A DNA stretch of 64,000 nt, taken from assembly GCA_964057225.1 (NCBI GenBank), contig CAXKVF010000078.1:186001-250000 (forward strand), given 5' to 3'. Below, piece by piece: positions 26,579-40,837 of the stretch. The translations under genes were made by a program, and so were the position numbers. Each line of letters opens with the position of its first letter. The stretch's first letter is position 1. Origin of the DNA: Auanema rhodensis (Eukaryota > Animalia > Nematoda). The notes under the pieces were generated by a model. It was given only the letters and a program-made list of their open reading frames with translations, was not told the DNA's origin and searched no databases.

Positions 26579-29500
26579 TGAAAACCGCATCTCTTTATCT
26601 TTCACGTGAAGCGAGTTACATACCAAGTGCACATCACGTGTACATTTAATTAGCATAAATTAAAGTTCACGTAAATTTCAAAGTCATGGTTACCATGAAC
26701 CAATATCAATAAAAATTTGTGTTTAGACTAATATGGACATGGGGAATCTAATTTTGAAAACCGCATCTCTTTATCTTTCACGTGAAGCGAGTTACATACC
26801 AAGTGCACATCACGTGTACATTTAATTAGCATAAATTAAAGTTCACGTAAATTTCAAAGTCATGGTTACCATGAACCAATATCAATAAAAATTTGTTTTT
26901 AGACTAATATGGACATGGGGAATCTAATTTTGAAAACCGCATTTCTTTATCTTTCACGTGAAGCGAGTTACATACCAAGTGCACATCACGTGTACATTTA
27001 ATTAGCATAAATTAAAGTTCACGTAAATTTCAAAGTCATGGTTACCATGCACCAATATCAATAAAAATTTGTTTTTAGACTAATATGGACATGGGGAATC
27101 TAATTTTGAAAACCGCATCTCTTTATCTTTCACGTGAAGCGAGTTACATACCAAGTGCACATCACGTGTACATTTAATTAGCATAAATTAAAGTTCACGT
27201 AAATTTCAAAGTCATGGTTACCATGAACCAATATCAATAAAAATTTGTTTTTAGACTAATATGGACATGGGGAATCTAATTTTGAAAACCGCATTTCTTT
27301 ATCTTTCACGTGAAGCGAGTTACATACCAAGTGTACATCACGTGTACATTTAATTAGCATAAATTAAAGTTCACGTAAATTTCAAAGTCATGGTTACCAT
27401 GCACCAATATCAATAAAAATTTGTTTTTAGACTAATATGGACATGGGGAATCTAATTTTGAAAACCGCATCTCTTTATCTTTCACGTGAAGCGAGTTACA
27501 TACCAAGTGCACATCACGTGTACATTTAATTAGCATAAATTAAAGTTCACGTAAATTTCAAAGTCATGGTTACCATGAACCAATATCAATAAAAATTTGT
27601 TTTTAGACTAATATGGACATGGGGAATCTAATTTTAAAAACCGCATTTCTTTATCTTTCACGTGAAGCGAGTTACATACCAAGTGCACATCACGTGTACA
27701 TTTAATTAGCATAAATTAAAGTTCACGTAAATTTCAAAGTCATGGTTACCATGCACCAATATCAATAAAAATTTGTTTTTAGACTAAAATGGACATGGGG
27801 AATCTAATTTTGAAAACCGCATCTCTTTATCTTTCACGTGAAGCGAGTTACATACCAAGTGCACATCACGTGTACATTTAATTAGCATAAATTAAAGTTC
27901 ACGTAAATTTCAAAGTCATGGTTACCATGCACCAATATCAATAAAAATTTGTTTTTAGACTAATATGGACATGGGGAATCTAATTTTGAAAACCGCATCT
28001 CTTTATCTTTCACGTGAAGCGAGTTACATACCAAGTGCACATCACGTGTACATTTAATTAGCATAAATTAAAGTTCACGTAAATTTCAAAGTCATGGTTA
28101 CCATGAACCAATATCAATAAAAATTTGTTTTTAGACTAATATGGACATGGGGAATCTAATTTTGAAAACCGCATCTCTTTATCTTTCACGTGAAGCGAGT
28201 TACGTACCAAGTGCACATCACGTGTACATTTAATTAGCATAAATTAAAGTTCACGTAAATTTCAAAGTCATGGTTACCATGAAGCAATATCAATAAAAAT
28301 TTGTTTTTAGACTAATATGGACATGGGGAATCTAATTTTGAAAACCGCATCTCTTTATCTTTCACGTGAAGCGAGTTACATACCAAGTGCACATCACGTG
28401 TACATTTAATTAGCATAAATTAAAGTTCACGTAAATTTCAAAGTCATGGTTACCATGAAGCAATATCAATAAAAATTTGTTTTTAGACTAATATGGACAT
28501 GGGGAATCTAATTTTGCAAACCGCATCTCTTTATCTTTCACGTGAAGCGAGTTACATACCAAGTGCACATCACGTGTACATTTAATTTAGCATAAATTAA
28601 AGTTCACGTAAATTTCAAAGTCATGGTTACCATGAACCAATATCAATAAAAATTTGTTTTTAGACTAATATGGACATGGGGAATCTAATTTTGAAAACCG
28701 CATCTCTTTATCTTTCACGTGAAGCGAGTTACATACCAAGTGCACATCACGTGTACATTTAATTAGCATAAATTAAAGTTCACGTAAATTTCAAAGTCAT
28801 GGTTACCATGAACCAATATCAATAAAAATTTGTTTTTAGACTAATATGGACATGGGGAATCTAATTTTGAAAACCGCATTTCTTTATCTTTCACGTGAAG
28901 CGAGTTACATACCAAGTGCACATCACGTGTACATTTAATTAGCATAAATTAAAGTTCACGTAAATTTCAAAGTCATGGTTACCATGCACCAATATCAATA
29001 AAAATTTGTTTTTAGACTAATATGGACATGGGGAATCTAATTTTGAAAACCGCATCTCTTTATCTTTCACGTGAAGCGAGTTACATACCAAGTGCACATC
29101 ACGTGTACATTTAATTAGCATAAATTAAAGTTCACGTAAATTTCAAAGTCATGGTTACCATGCACCAATATCAATAAAAATTTGTTTTTAGACTAATATG
29201 GACATGGGGAATCTAATTTTGAAAACCGCATCTCTTTATCTTTCACGTGAAGCGAGTTACATACCAAGTGCACATCACGTGTACATTTAATTAGCATAAA
29301 TTAAAGTTCACGTAAATTTCAAAGTCATGGTTACCATGAACCAATATCAATAAAAATTTGTTTTTAGACTAATATGGACATGGGGAATCTAATTTTGAAA
29401 ACCGCATCTCTTTATCTTTCACGTGAAGCGAGTTACATACCAAGTGCACATCACGTGTACATTTAATTAGCATAAATTAAAGTTCACGTAAATTTCAAAG

Positions 29501-32500
29501 TCATGGTTACCATGAAGCAATATCAATAAAAATTTGTTTTTAGACTAATATGGACATGGGGAATCTAATTTTGAAAACCGCATCTCTTTATCTTTCACGT
29601 GAAGCGAGTTACATACCAAGTGCACATCACGTGTACATTTAATTAGCATAAATTAAAGTTCACGTAAATTTCAAAGTCATGGTTACCATGAAGCAATATC
29701 AATAAAAATTTGTTTTTAGACTAATATGGACATGGGGAATCTAATTTTGCAAACCGCATCTCTTTATCTTTCACGTGAAGCGAGTTACATACCAAGTGCA
29801 CATCACGTGTACATTTAATTTAGCATAAATTAAAGTTCACGTAAATTTCAAAGTCATGGTTACCATGAACCAATATCAATAAAAATTTGTTTTTAGACTA
29901 ATATGGACATGGGGAATCTAATTTTGAAAACCGCATCTCTTTATCTTTCACGTGAAGCGAGTTACATACCAAGTGCACATCACGTGTACATTTAATTAGC
30001 ATAAATTAAAGTTCACGTAAATTTCAAAGTCATGGTTACCATGAACCAATATCAATAAAAATTTGTTTTTAGACTAATATGGACATGGGGAATCTAATTT
30101 TGAAAACCGCATTTCTTTATCTTTCACGTGAAGCGAGTTACATACCAAGTGCACATCACGTGTACATTTAATTAGCATAAATTAAAGTTCACGTAAATTT
30201 CAAAGTCATGGTTACCATGCACCAATATCAATAAAAATTTGTTTTTAGACTAATATGGACATGGGGAATCTAATTTTGAAAACCGCATCTCTTTATCTTT
30301 CACGTGAAGCGAGTTACATACCAAGTGCACATCACGTGTACATTTAATTAGCATAAATTAAAGTTCACGTAAATTTCAAAGTCATGGTTACCATGAACCA
30401 ATATCAATAAAAATTTGTTTTTAGACTAATATGGACATGGGGAATCTAATTTTGGAAACCGCATCTCTTTATCTTTCACGTGAAGCGAGTTACATACCAA
30501 GTGCACATCACGTGTACATTTAATTAGCATAAATTAAAGTTCACGTAAATTTCAAAGTCATGGTTACCATGAACCAATATCAATAAAAATTTGTGTTTAG
30601 ACTAATATGGACATGGGGAATCTAATTTTGAAAACCGCATCTCTTTATCTTTCACGTGAAGCGAGTTACATACCAAGTGCACATCACGTGTACATTTAAT
30701 TAGCATAAATTAAAGTTCACGTAAATTTCAAAGTCATGGTTACCATGAACCAATATCAATAAAAATTTGTTGTTAGACTAATATGGACATGGGGAATCTA
30801 ATTTTGAAAACCGCATTTCTTTATCTTTCACGTGAAGCGAGTTACATACCAAGTGCACATCACGTGTACATTTAATTAGCATAAATTAAAGTTCACGTAA
30901 ATTTCAAAGTCATGGTTACCATGCACCAATATCAATAAAAATTTGTTTTTAGACTAATATGGACATGGGGAATCTAATTTTGAAAACCGCATCTCTTTAT
31001 CTTTCACGTGAAGCGAGTTACATACCAAGTGCACATCACGTGTACATTTAATTAGCATAAATTAAAGTTCACGTAAATTTCAAAGTCATGGTTACCATGA
31101 ACCAATATCAATAAAAATTTGTTTTTAGACTAATATGGACATGGGGAATCTAATTTTGAAAACCGCATTTCTTTATCTTTCACGTGAAGCGAGTTACATA
31201 CCAAGTGTACATCACGTGTACATTTAATTAGCATAAATTAAAGTTCACGTAAATTTCAAAGTCATGGTTACCATGCACCAATATCAATAAAAATTTGTTT
31301 TTAGACTAATATGGACATGGGGAATCTAATTTTGAAAACCGCATCTCTTTATCTTTCACGTGAAGCGAGTTACATACCAAGTGCACATCACGTGTACATT
31401 TAATTAGCATAAATTAAAGTTCACGTAAATTTCAAAGTCATGGTTACCATGAACCAATATCAATAAAAATTTGTTTTTAGACTAATATGGACATGGGGAA
31501 TCTAATTTTAAAAACCGCATTTCTTTATCTTTCACGTGAAGCGAGTTACATACCAAGTGCACATCACGTGTACATTTAATTAGCATAAATTAAAGTTCAC
31601 GTAAATTTCAAAGTCATGGTTACCATGCACCAATATCAATAAAAATTTGTTTTTAGACTAATATGGACATGGGGAATCTAATTTTGAAAACCGCATCTCT
31701 TTATCTTTCACGTGAAGCGAGTTACATACCAAGTGCACATCACGTGTACATTTAATTAGCATAAATTAAAGTTCACGTAAATTTCAAAGTCATGGTTACC
31801 ATGCACCAATATCAATAAAAATTTGTTTTTAGACTAATATGGACATGGGGAATCTAATTTTGAAAACCGCATCTCTTTATCTTTCACGTGAAGCGAGTTA
31901 CATACCAAGTGCACATCACGTGTACATTTAATTAGCATAAATTAAAGTTCACGTAAATTTCAAAGTCATGGTTACCATGAACCAATATCAATAAAAATTT
32001 GTTTTTAGACTAATATGGACATGGGGAATCTAATTTTGAAAACCGCATCTCTTTATCTTTCACGTGAAGCGAGTTACATACCAAGTGCACATCACGTGTA
32101 CATTTAATTAGCATAAATTAAAGTTCACGTAAATTTCAAAGTCATGGTTACCATGAAGCAATATCAATAAAAATTTGTTTTTAGACTAATATGGACATGG
32201 GGAATCTAATTTTGAAAACCGCATCTCTTTATCTTTCACGTGAAGCGAGTTACATACCAAGTGCACATCACGTGTACATTTAATTAGCATAAATTAAAGT
32301 TCACGTAAATTTCAAAGTCATGGTTACCATGAACCAATATCAATAAAAATTTGTTTTCAGACTAATATGGACATGGGGAATCTAATTTTGAAAACCGCAT
32401 CTCTTTATCTTTCACGTGAAGCGAGTTACATACCAAGTGCACATCACGTGTACATTTAATTAGCATAAATTAAAGTTCACGTAAATTTCAAAGTCATGGT

Positions 32501-35500
32501 TACCATGAAGCAATATCAATAAAAATTTGTTTTGAGACTAATATGGACATGGGGAATCTAATTTTGAAAACCGCATCTCTTTATCTTTCACGTGAAGCGA
32601 GTTACATACCAAGTGCACATCACGTGTACATTTAATTAGCATAAATTAAAGTTCACGTAAATTTCAAAGTCATGGTTACCATGAACCAATATCAATAAAA
32701 ATTTGTTTTTAGACTAATATGGACATGGGGAATCTAATTTTGAAAACCGCATTTCTTTATCTTTCACGTGAAGCGAGTTACATACCAAGTGCACATCACG
32801 TGTACATTTAATTAGCATAAATTAAAGTTCACGTAAATTTCAAAGTCATGGTTACCATGCACCAATATCAATAAAAATTTGTTTTTAGACTAATATGGAC
32901 ATGGGGAATCTAATTTTGAAAACCGCATCTCTTTATCTTTCACGTGAAGCGAGTTACATACCAAGTGCACATCACGTGTACATTTAATTAGCATAAATTA
33001 AAGTTCACGTAAATTTCAAAGTCATGGTTACCATGAACCAATATCAATAAAAATTTGTTTTTAGACTAATATGGACATGGGGAATCTAATTTTGAAAACC
33101 GCATTTCTTTATCTTTCACGTGAAGCGAGTTACATACCAAGTGCACATCACGTGTACATTTAATTAGCATAAATTAAAGTTCACGTAAATTTCAAAGTCA
33201 TGGTTACCATGCACCAATATCAATAAAAATTTGTTTTCAGACTAATATGGACATGGGGAATCTAATTTTGAAAACCGCATCTCTTTATCTTTCACGTGAA
33301 GCGAGTTACATACCAAGTGCACATCACGTGTACATTTAATTAGCATAAATTAAAGTTCACGTAAATTTCAAAGTCATGGTTACCATGAACCAATATCAAT
33401 AAAAATTTGTTTTTAGACTAATATGGACATGGGGAATCTAATTTTGAAAACCGCATCTCTTTATCTTTCACGTGAAGCGAGTTACATACCAAGTGCACAT
33501 CACGTGTACATTTAATTAGCATAAATTAAAGTTCACGTAAATTTCAAAGTCATGGTTACCATGAACCAATATCAATAAAAATTTGTGTTTAGACTAATAT
33601 GGACATGGGGAATCTAATTTTGAAAACCGCATCTCTTTATCTTTCACGTGAAGCGAGTTACATACCAAGTGCACATCACGTGTACATTTAATTAGCATAA
33701 ATTAAAGTTCACGTAAATTTCAAAGTCATGGTTACCATGAACCAATATCAATAAAAATTTGTTTTTAGACTAATATGGACATGGGGAATCTAATTTTGAA
33801 AACCGCATTTCTTTATCTTTCACGTGAAGCGAGTTACATACCAAGTGCACATCACGTGTACATTTAATTAGCATAAATTAAAGTTCACGTAAATTTCAAA
33901 GTCATGGTTACCATGCACCAATATCAATAAAAATTTGTTTTTAGACTAATATGGACATGGGGAATCTAATTTTGAAAACCGCATCTCTTTATCTTTCACG
34001 TGAAGCGAGTTACATACCAAGTGCACATCACGTGTACATTTAATTAGCATAAATTAAAGTTCACGTAAATTTCAAAGTCATGGTTACCATGAACCAATAT
34101 CAATAAAAATTTGTTTTTAGACTAATATGGACATGGGGAATCTAATTTTGAAAACCGCATTTCTTTATCTTTCACGTGAAGCGAGTTACATACCAAGTGT
34201 ACATCACGTGTACATTTAATTAGCATAAATTAAAGTTCACGTAAATTTCAAAGTCATGGTTACCATGCACCAATATCAATAAAAATTTGTTTTTAGACTA
34301 ATATGGACATGGGGAATCTAATTTTGAAAACCGCATCTCTTTATCTTTCACGTGAAGCGAGTTACATACCAAGTGCACATCACGTGTACATTTAATTAGC
34401 ATAAATTAAAGTTCACGTAAATTTCAAAGTCATGGTTACCATGAACCAATATCAATAAAAATTTGTTTTTAGACTAATATGGACATGGGGAATCTAATTT
34501 TAAAAACCGCATTTCTTTATCTTTCACGTGAAGCGAGTTACATACCAAGTGCACATCACGTGTACATTTAATTAGCATAAATTAAAGTTCACGTAAATTT
34601 CAAAGTCATGGTTACCATGCACCAATATCTATAAAAATTTGTTTTTAGACTAAAATGGACATGGGGAATCTAATTTTGAAAACCGCATCTCTTTATCTTT
34701 CACGTGAAGCGAGTTACATACCAAGTGCACATCACGTGTACATTTAATTAGCATAAATTAAAGTTCACGTAAATTTCAAAGTCATGGTTACCATGCACCA
34801 ATATCAATAAAAATTTGTTTTTAGACTAATATGGACATGGGGAATCTAATTTTGAAAACCGCATCTCTTTATCTTTCACGTGAAGCGAGTTACATACCAA
34901 GTGCACATCACGTGTACATTTAATTAGCATAAATTAAAGTTCACGTAAATTTCAAAGTCATGGTTACCATGAACCAATATCAATAAAAATTTGTTTTTAG
35001 ACTAATATGGACATGGGGAATCTAATTTTGAAAACCGCATCTCTTTATCTTTCACGTGAAGCGAGTTACGTACCAAGTGCACATCACGTGTACATTTAAT
35101 TAGCATAAATTAAAGTTCACGTAAATTTCAAAGTCATGGTTACCATGAAGCAATATCAATAAAAATTTGTTTTTAGACTAATATGGACATGGGGAATCTA
35201 ATTTTGAAAACCGCATCTCTTTATCTTTCACGTGAAGCGAGTTACATACCAAGTGCACATCACGTGTACATTTAATTAGCATAAATTAAAGTTCACGTAA
35301 ATTTCAAAGTCATGGTTACCATGAAGCAATATCAATAAAAATTTGTTTTTAGACTAATATGGACATGGGGAATCTAATTTTGCAAACCGCATCTCTTTAT
35401 CTTTCACGTGAAGCGAGTTACATACCAAGTGCACATCACGTGTACATTTAATTAGCATAAATTAAAGTTCACGTAAATTTCAAAGTCATGGTTACCATGA

Positions 35501-38500
35501 ACCAATATCAATAAAAATTTGTTTTTAGACTAATATGGACATGGGGAATCTAATTTTGAAAACCGCATCTCTTTATCTTTCACGTGAAGCGAGTTACATA
35601 CCAAGTGCACATCACGTGTACATTTAATTAGCATAAATTAAAGTTCACGTAAATTTCAAAGTCATGGTTACCATGAAGCAATATCAATAAAAATTTGTTT
35701 TTAGACTAATATGGACATGGGGAATCTAATTTTGAAAACCGCATCTCTTTATCTTTCACGTGAAGCGAGTTACATACCAAGTGCACATCACGTGTACATT
35801 TAATTAGCATAAATTAAAGTTCACGTAAATTTCAAAGTCATGGTTACCATGAACCAATATCAATAAAAATTTGTTTTTAGACTAATATGGACATGGGGAA
35901 TCTAATTTTGAAAACCGCATCTCTTTATCTTTCACGTGAAGCGAGTTACATACCAAGTGCACATCACGTGTACATTTAATTAGCATAAATTAAAGTTCAC
36001 GTAAATTTCAAAGTCATGGTTACCATGAACCAATATCAATAAAAATTTGTTTTTAGACTAATATGGACATGGGGAATCTAATTTTGAAAACCGCATTTCT
36101 TTATCTTTCACGTGAAGCGAGTTACATACCAAGTGCACATCACGTGTACATTTAATTAGCATAAATTAAAGTTCACGTAAATTTCAAAGTCATGGTTACC
36201 ATGCACCAATATCAATAAAAATTTGTTTTTAGACTAATATGGACATGGGGAATCTAATTTTGAAAACCGCATCTCTTTATCTTTCACGTGAAGCGAGTTA
36301 CATACCAAGTGCACATCACGTGTACATTTAATTAGCATAAATTAAAGTTCACGTAAATTTCAAAGTCATGGTTACCATGCACCAATATCAATAAAAATTT
36401 GTTTTTAGACTAATATGGACATGGGGAATCTAATTTTGAAAACCGCATCTCTTTATCTTTCACGTGAAGCGAGTTACATACCAAGTGCACATCACGTGTA
36501 CATTTAATTAGCATAAATTGAAGTTCACGTAAATTTCAAAGTCATGGTTACCATGAACCAATATCAATAAAAATTTGTTTTTAGACTAATATGGACATGG
36601 GGAATCTAATTTTGAAAACCGCATCTCTTTATCTTTCACGTGAAGCGAGTTACATACCAAGTGCACATCACGTGTACATTTAATTAGCATAAATTAAAGT
36701 TCACGTAAATTTCAAAGTCATGGTTACCATGAAGCAATATCAATAAAAATTTGTTTTTAGACTAATATGGACATGGGGAATCTAATTTTGAAAACCGCAT
36801 CTCTTTATCTTTCACGTGAAGCGAGTTACATACCAAGTGCACATCACGTGTACATTTAATTAGCATAAATTAAAGTTCACGTAAATTTCAAAGTCATGGT
36901 TACCATGAAGCAATATCAATAAAAATTTGTTTTTAGACTAATATGGACATGGGGAATCTAATTTTGCAAACCGCATCTCTTTATCTTTCACGTGAAGCGA
37001 GTTACATACCAAGTGCACATCACGTGTACATTTAATTTAGCATAAATTAAAGTTCACGTAAATTTCAAAGTCATGGTTACCATGAACCAATATCAATAAA
37101 AATTTGTTTTTAGACTAATATGGACATGGGGAATCTAATTTTGAAAACCGCATCTCTTTATCTTTCACGTGAAGCGAGTTACATACCAAGTGCACATCAC
37201 GTGTACATTTAATTAGCATAAATTAAAGTTCACGTAAATTTCAAAGTCATGGTTACCATGAACCAATATCAATAAAAATTTGTTTTTAGACTAATATGGA
37301 CATGGGGAATCTAATTTTGAAAACCGCATTTCTTTATCTTTCACGTGAAGCGAGTTACATACCAAGTGCACATCACGTGTACATTTAATTAGCATAAATT
37401 AAAGTTCACGTAAATTTCAAAGTCATGGTTACCATGCACCAATATCAATAAAAATTTGTTTTTAGACTAATATGGACATGGGGAATCTAATTTTGAAAAC
37501 CGCATCTCTTTATCTTTCACGTGAAGCGAGTTACATACCAAGTGCACATCACGTGTACATTTAATTAGCATAAATTAAAGTTCACGTAAATTTCAAAGTC
37601 ATGGTTACCATGAACCAATATCAATAAAAATTTGTTTTTAGACTAATATGGACATGGGGAATCTAATTTTGGAAACCGCATCTCTTTATCTTTCACGTGA
37701 AGCGAGTTACATACCAAGTGCACATCACGTGTACATTTAATTAGCATAAATTAAAGTTCACGTAAACTTCAAAGTCATGGTTACCATGAAGCAATATCAA
37801 TAAAAATTTGTTTTTAGACTAATATGGACATGGGGAATCTAATTTTGAAAACCGCATCTCTTTATCTTTCACGTGAAGCGAGTTACATACCAAGTGCACA
37901 TCACGTGTACATTTAATTAGCATAAATTAAAGTTCACGTAAATTTCAAAGTCATGGTTACCATGAACCAATATCAATAAAAATTTGTGTTTAGACTAATA
38001 TGGACATGGGGAATCTAATTTTGAAAACCGCATCTCTTTATCTTTCACGTGAAGCGAGTTACATACCAAGTGCACATCACGTGTACATTTAATTAGCATA
38101 AATTAAAGTTCACGTAAATTTCAAAGTCATGGTTACCATGAACCAATATCAATAAAAATTTGTTGTTAGACTAATATGGACATGGGGAATCTAATTTTGA
38201 AAACCGCATTTCTTTATCTTTCACGTGAAGCGAGTTACATACCAAGTGCACATCACGTGTACATTTAATTAGCATAAATTAAAGTTCACGTAAATTTCAA
38301 AGTCATGGTTACCATGCACCAATATCAATAAAAATTTGTTTTTAGACTAATATGGACATGGGGAATCTAATTTTGAAAACCGCATCTCTTTATCTTTCAC
38401 GTGAAGCGAGTTACATACCAAGTGCACATCACGTGTACATTTAATTAGCATAAATTAAAGTTCACGTAAATTTCAAAGTCATGGTTACCATGAACCAATA

Positions 38501-40837
38501 TCAATAAAAATTTGTTTTTAGACTAATATGGACATGGGGAATCTAATTTTGAAAACCGCATTTCTTTATCTTTCACGTGAAGCGAGTTACATACCAAGTG
38601 TACATCACGTGTACATTTAATTAGCATAAATTAAAGTTCACGTAAATTTCAAAGTCATGGTTACCATGCACCAATATCAATAAAAATTTGTTTTTAGACT
38701 AATATGGACATGGGGAATCTAATTTTGAAAACCGCATCTCTTTATCTTTCACGTGAAGCGAGTTACATACCAAGTGCACATCACGTGTACATTTAATTAG
38801 CATAAATTAAAGTTCACGTAAATTTCAAAGTCATGGTTACCATGAACCAATATCAATAAAAATTTGTTTTTAGACTAATATGGACATGGGGAATCTAATT
38901 TTAAAAACCGCATTTCTTTATCTTTCACGTGAAGCGAGTTACATACCAAGTGCACATCACGTGTACATTTAATTAGCATAAATTAAAGTTCACGTAAATT
39001 TCAAAGTCATGGTTACCATGCACCAATATCAATAAAAATTTGTTTTTAGACTAATATGGACATGGGGAATCTAATTTTGAAAACCGCATCTCTTTATCTT
39101 TCACGTGAAGCGAGTTACATACCAAGTGCACATCACGTGTACATTTAATTAGCATAAATTAAAGTTCACGTAAATTTCAAAGTCATGGTTACCATGCACC
39201 AATATCAATAAAAATTTGTTTTTAGACTAATATGGACATGGGGAATCTAATTTTGAAAACCGCATCTCTTTATCTTTCACGTGAAGCGAGTTACATACCA
39301 AGTGCACATCACGTGTACATTTAATTAGCATAAATTAAAGTTCACGTAAATTTCAAAGTCATGGTTACCATGAACCAATATCAATAAAAATTTGTTTTTA
39401 GACTAATATGGACATGGGGAATCTAATTTTGAAAACCGCATCTCTTTATCTTTCACGTGAAGCGAGTTACATACCAAGTGCACATCACGTGTACATTTAA
39501 TTAGCATAAATTAAAGTTCACGTAAATTTCAAAGTCATGGTTACCATGAAGCAATATCAATAAAAATTTGTTTTTAGACTAATATGGACATGGGGAATCT
39601 AATTTTGAAAACCGCATCTCTTTATCTTTCACGTGAAGCGAGTTACATACCAAGTGCACATCACGTGTACATTTAATTAGCATAAATTAAAGTTCACGTA
39701 AATTTCAAAGTCATGGTTACCATGAACCAATATCAATAAAAATTTGTTTTCAGACTAATATGGACATGGGGAATCTAATTTTGAAAACCGCATCTCTTTA
39801 TCTTTCACGTGAAGCGAGTTACATACCAAGTGCACATCACGTGTACATTTAATTAGCATAAATTAAAGTTCACGTAAATTTCAAAGTCATGGTTACCATG
39901 AAGCAATATCAATAAAAATTTGTTTTGAGACTAATATGGACATGGGGAATCTAATTTTGAAAACCGCATCTCTTTATCTTTCACGTGAAGCGAGTTACAT
40001 ACCAAGTGCACATCACGTGTACATTTAATTAGCATAAATTAAAGTTCACGTAAATTTCAAAGTCATGGTTACCATGAACCAATATCAATAAAAATTTGTT
40101 TTTAGACTAATATGGACATGGGGAATCTAATTTTGAAAACCGCATTTCTTTATCTTTCACGTGAAGCGAGTTACATACCAAGTGCACATCACGTGTACAT
40201 TTAATTAGCATAAATTAAAGTTCACGTAAATTTCAAAGTCATGGTTACCATGCACCAATATCAATAAAAATTTGTTTTTAGACTAATATGGACATGGGGA
40301 ATCTAATTTTGAAAACCGCATCTCTTTATCTTTCACGTGAAGCGAGTTACATACCAAGTGCACATCACGTGTACATTTAATTAGCATAAATTAAAGTTCA
40401 CGTAAATTTCAAAGTCATGGTTACCATGAACCAATATCAATAAAAATTTGTTTTTAGACTAATATGGACATGGGGAATCTAATTTTGAAAACCGCATTTC
40501 TTTATCTTTCACGTGAAGCGAGTTACATACCAAGTGCACATCACGTGTACATTTAATTAGCATAAATTAAAGTTCACGTAAATTTCAAAGTCATGGTTAC
40601 CATGCACCAATATCAATAAAAATTTGTTTTCAGACTAATATGGACATGGGGAATCTAATTTTGAAAACCGCATCTCTTTATCTTTCACGTGAAGCGAGTT
40701 ACATACCAAGTGCACATCACGTGTACATTTAATTAGCATAAATTAAAGTTCACGTAAATTTCAAAGTCATGGTTACCATGAACCAATATCAATAAAAATT
40801 TGTTTTTAGACTAATATGGACATGGGGAATCTAATTT
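26579..40837 (+). repeat. Large imperfect tandem duplication: M152-190 (26579-33444) repeated as M191-232 (33445-40837)
   Basis: Both halves show the same ordered rare variants: G143, T52, A2+A154, G42, C3, G3, G144, G146, T13+C120+C146. Confidence 0.87.
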
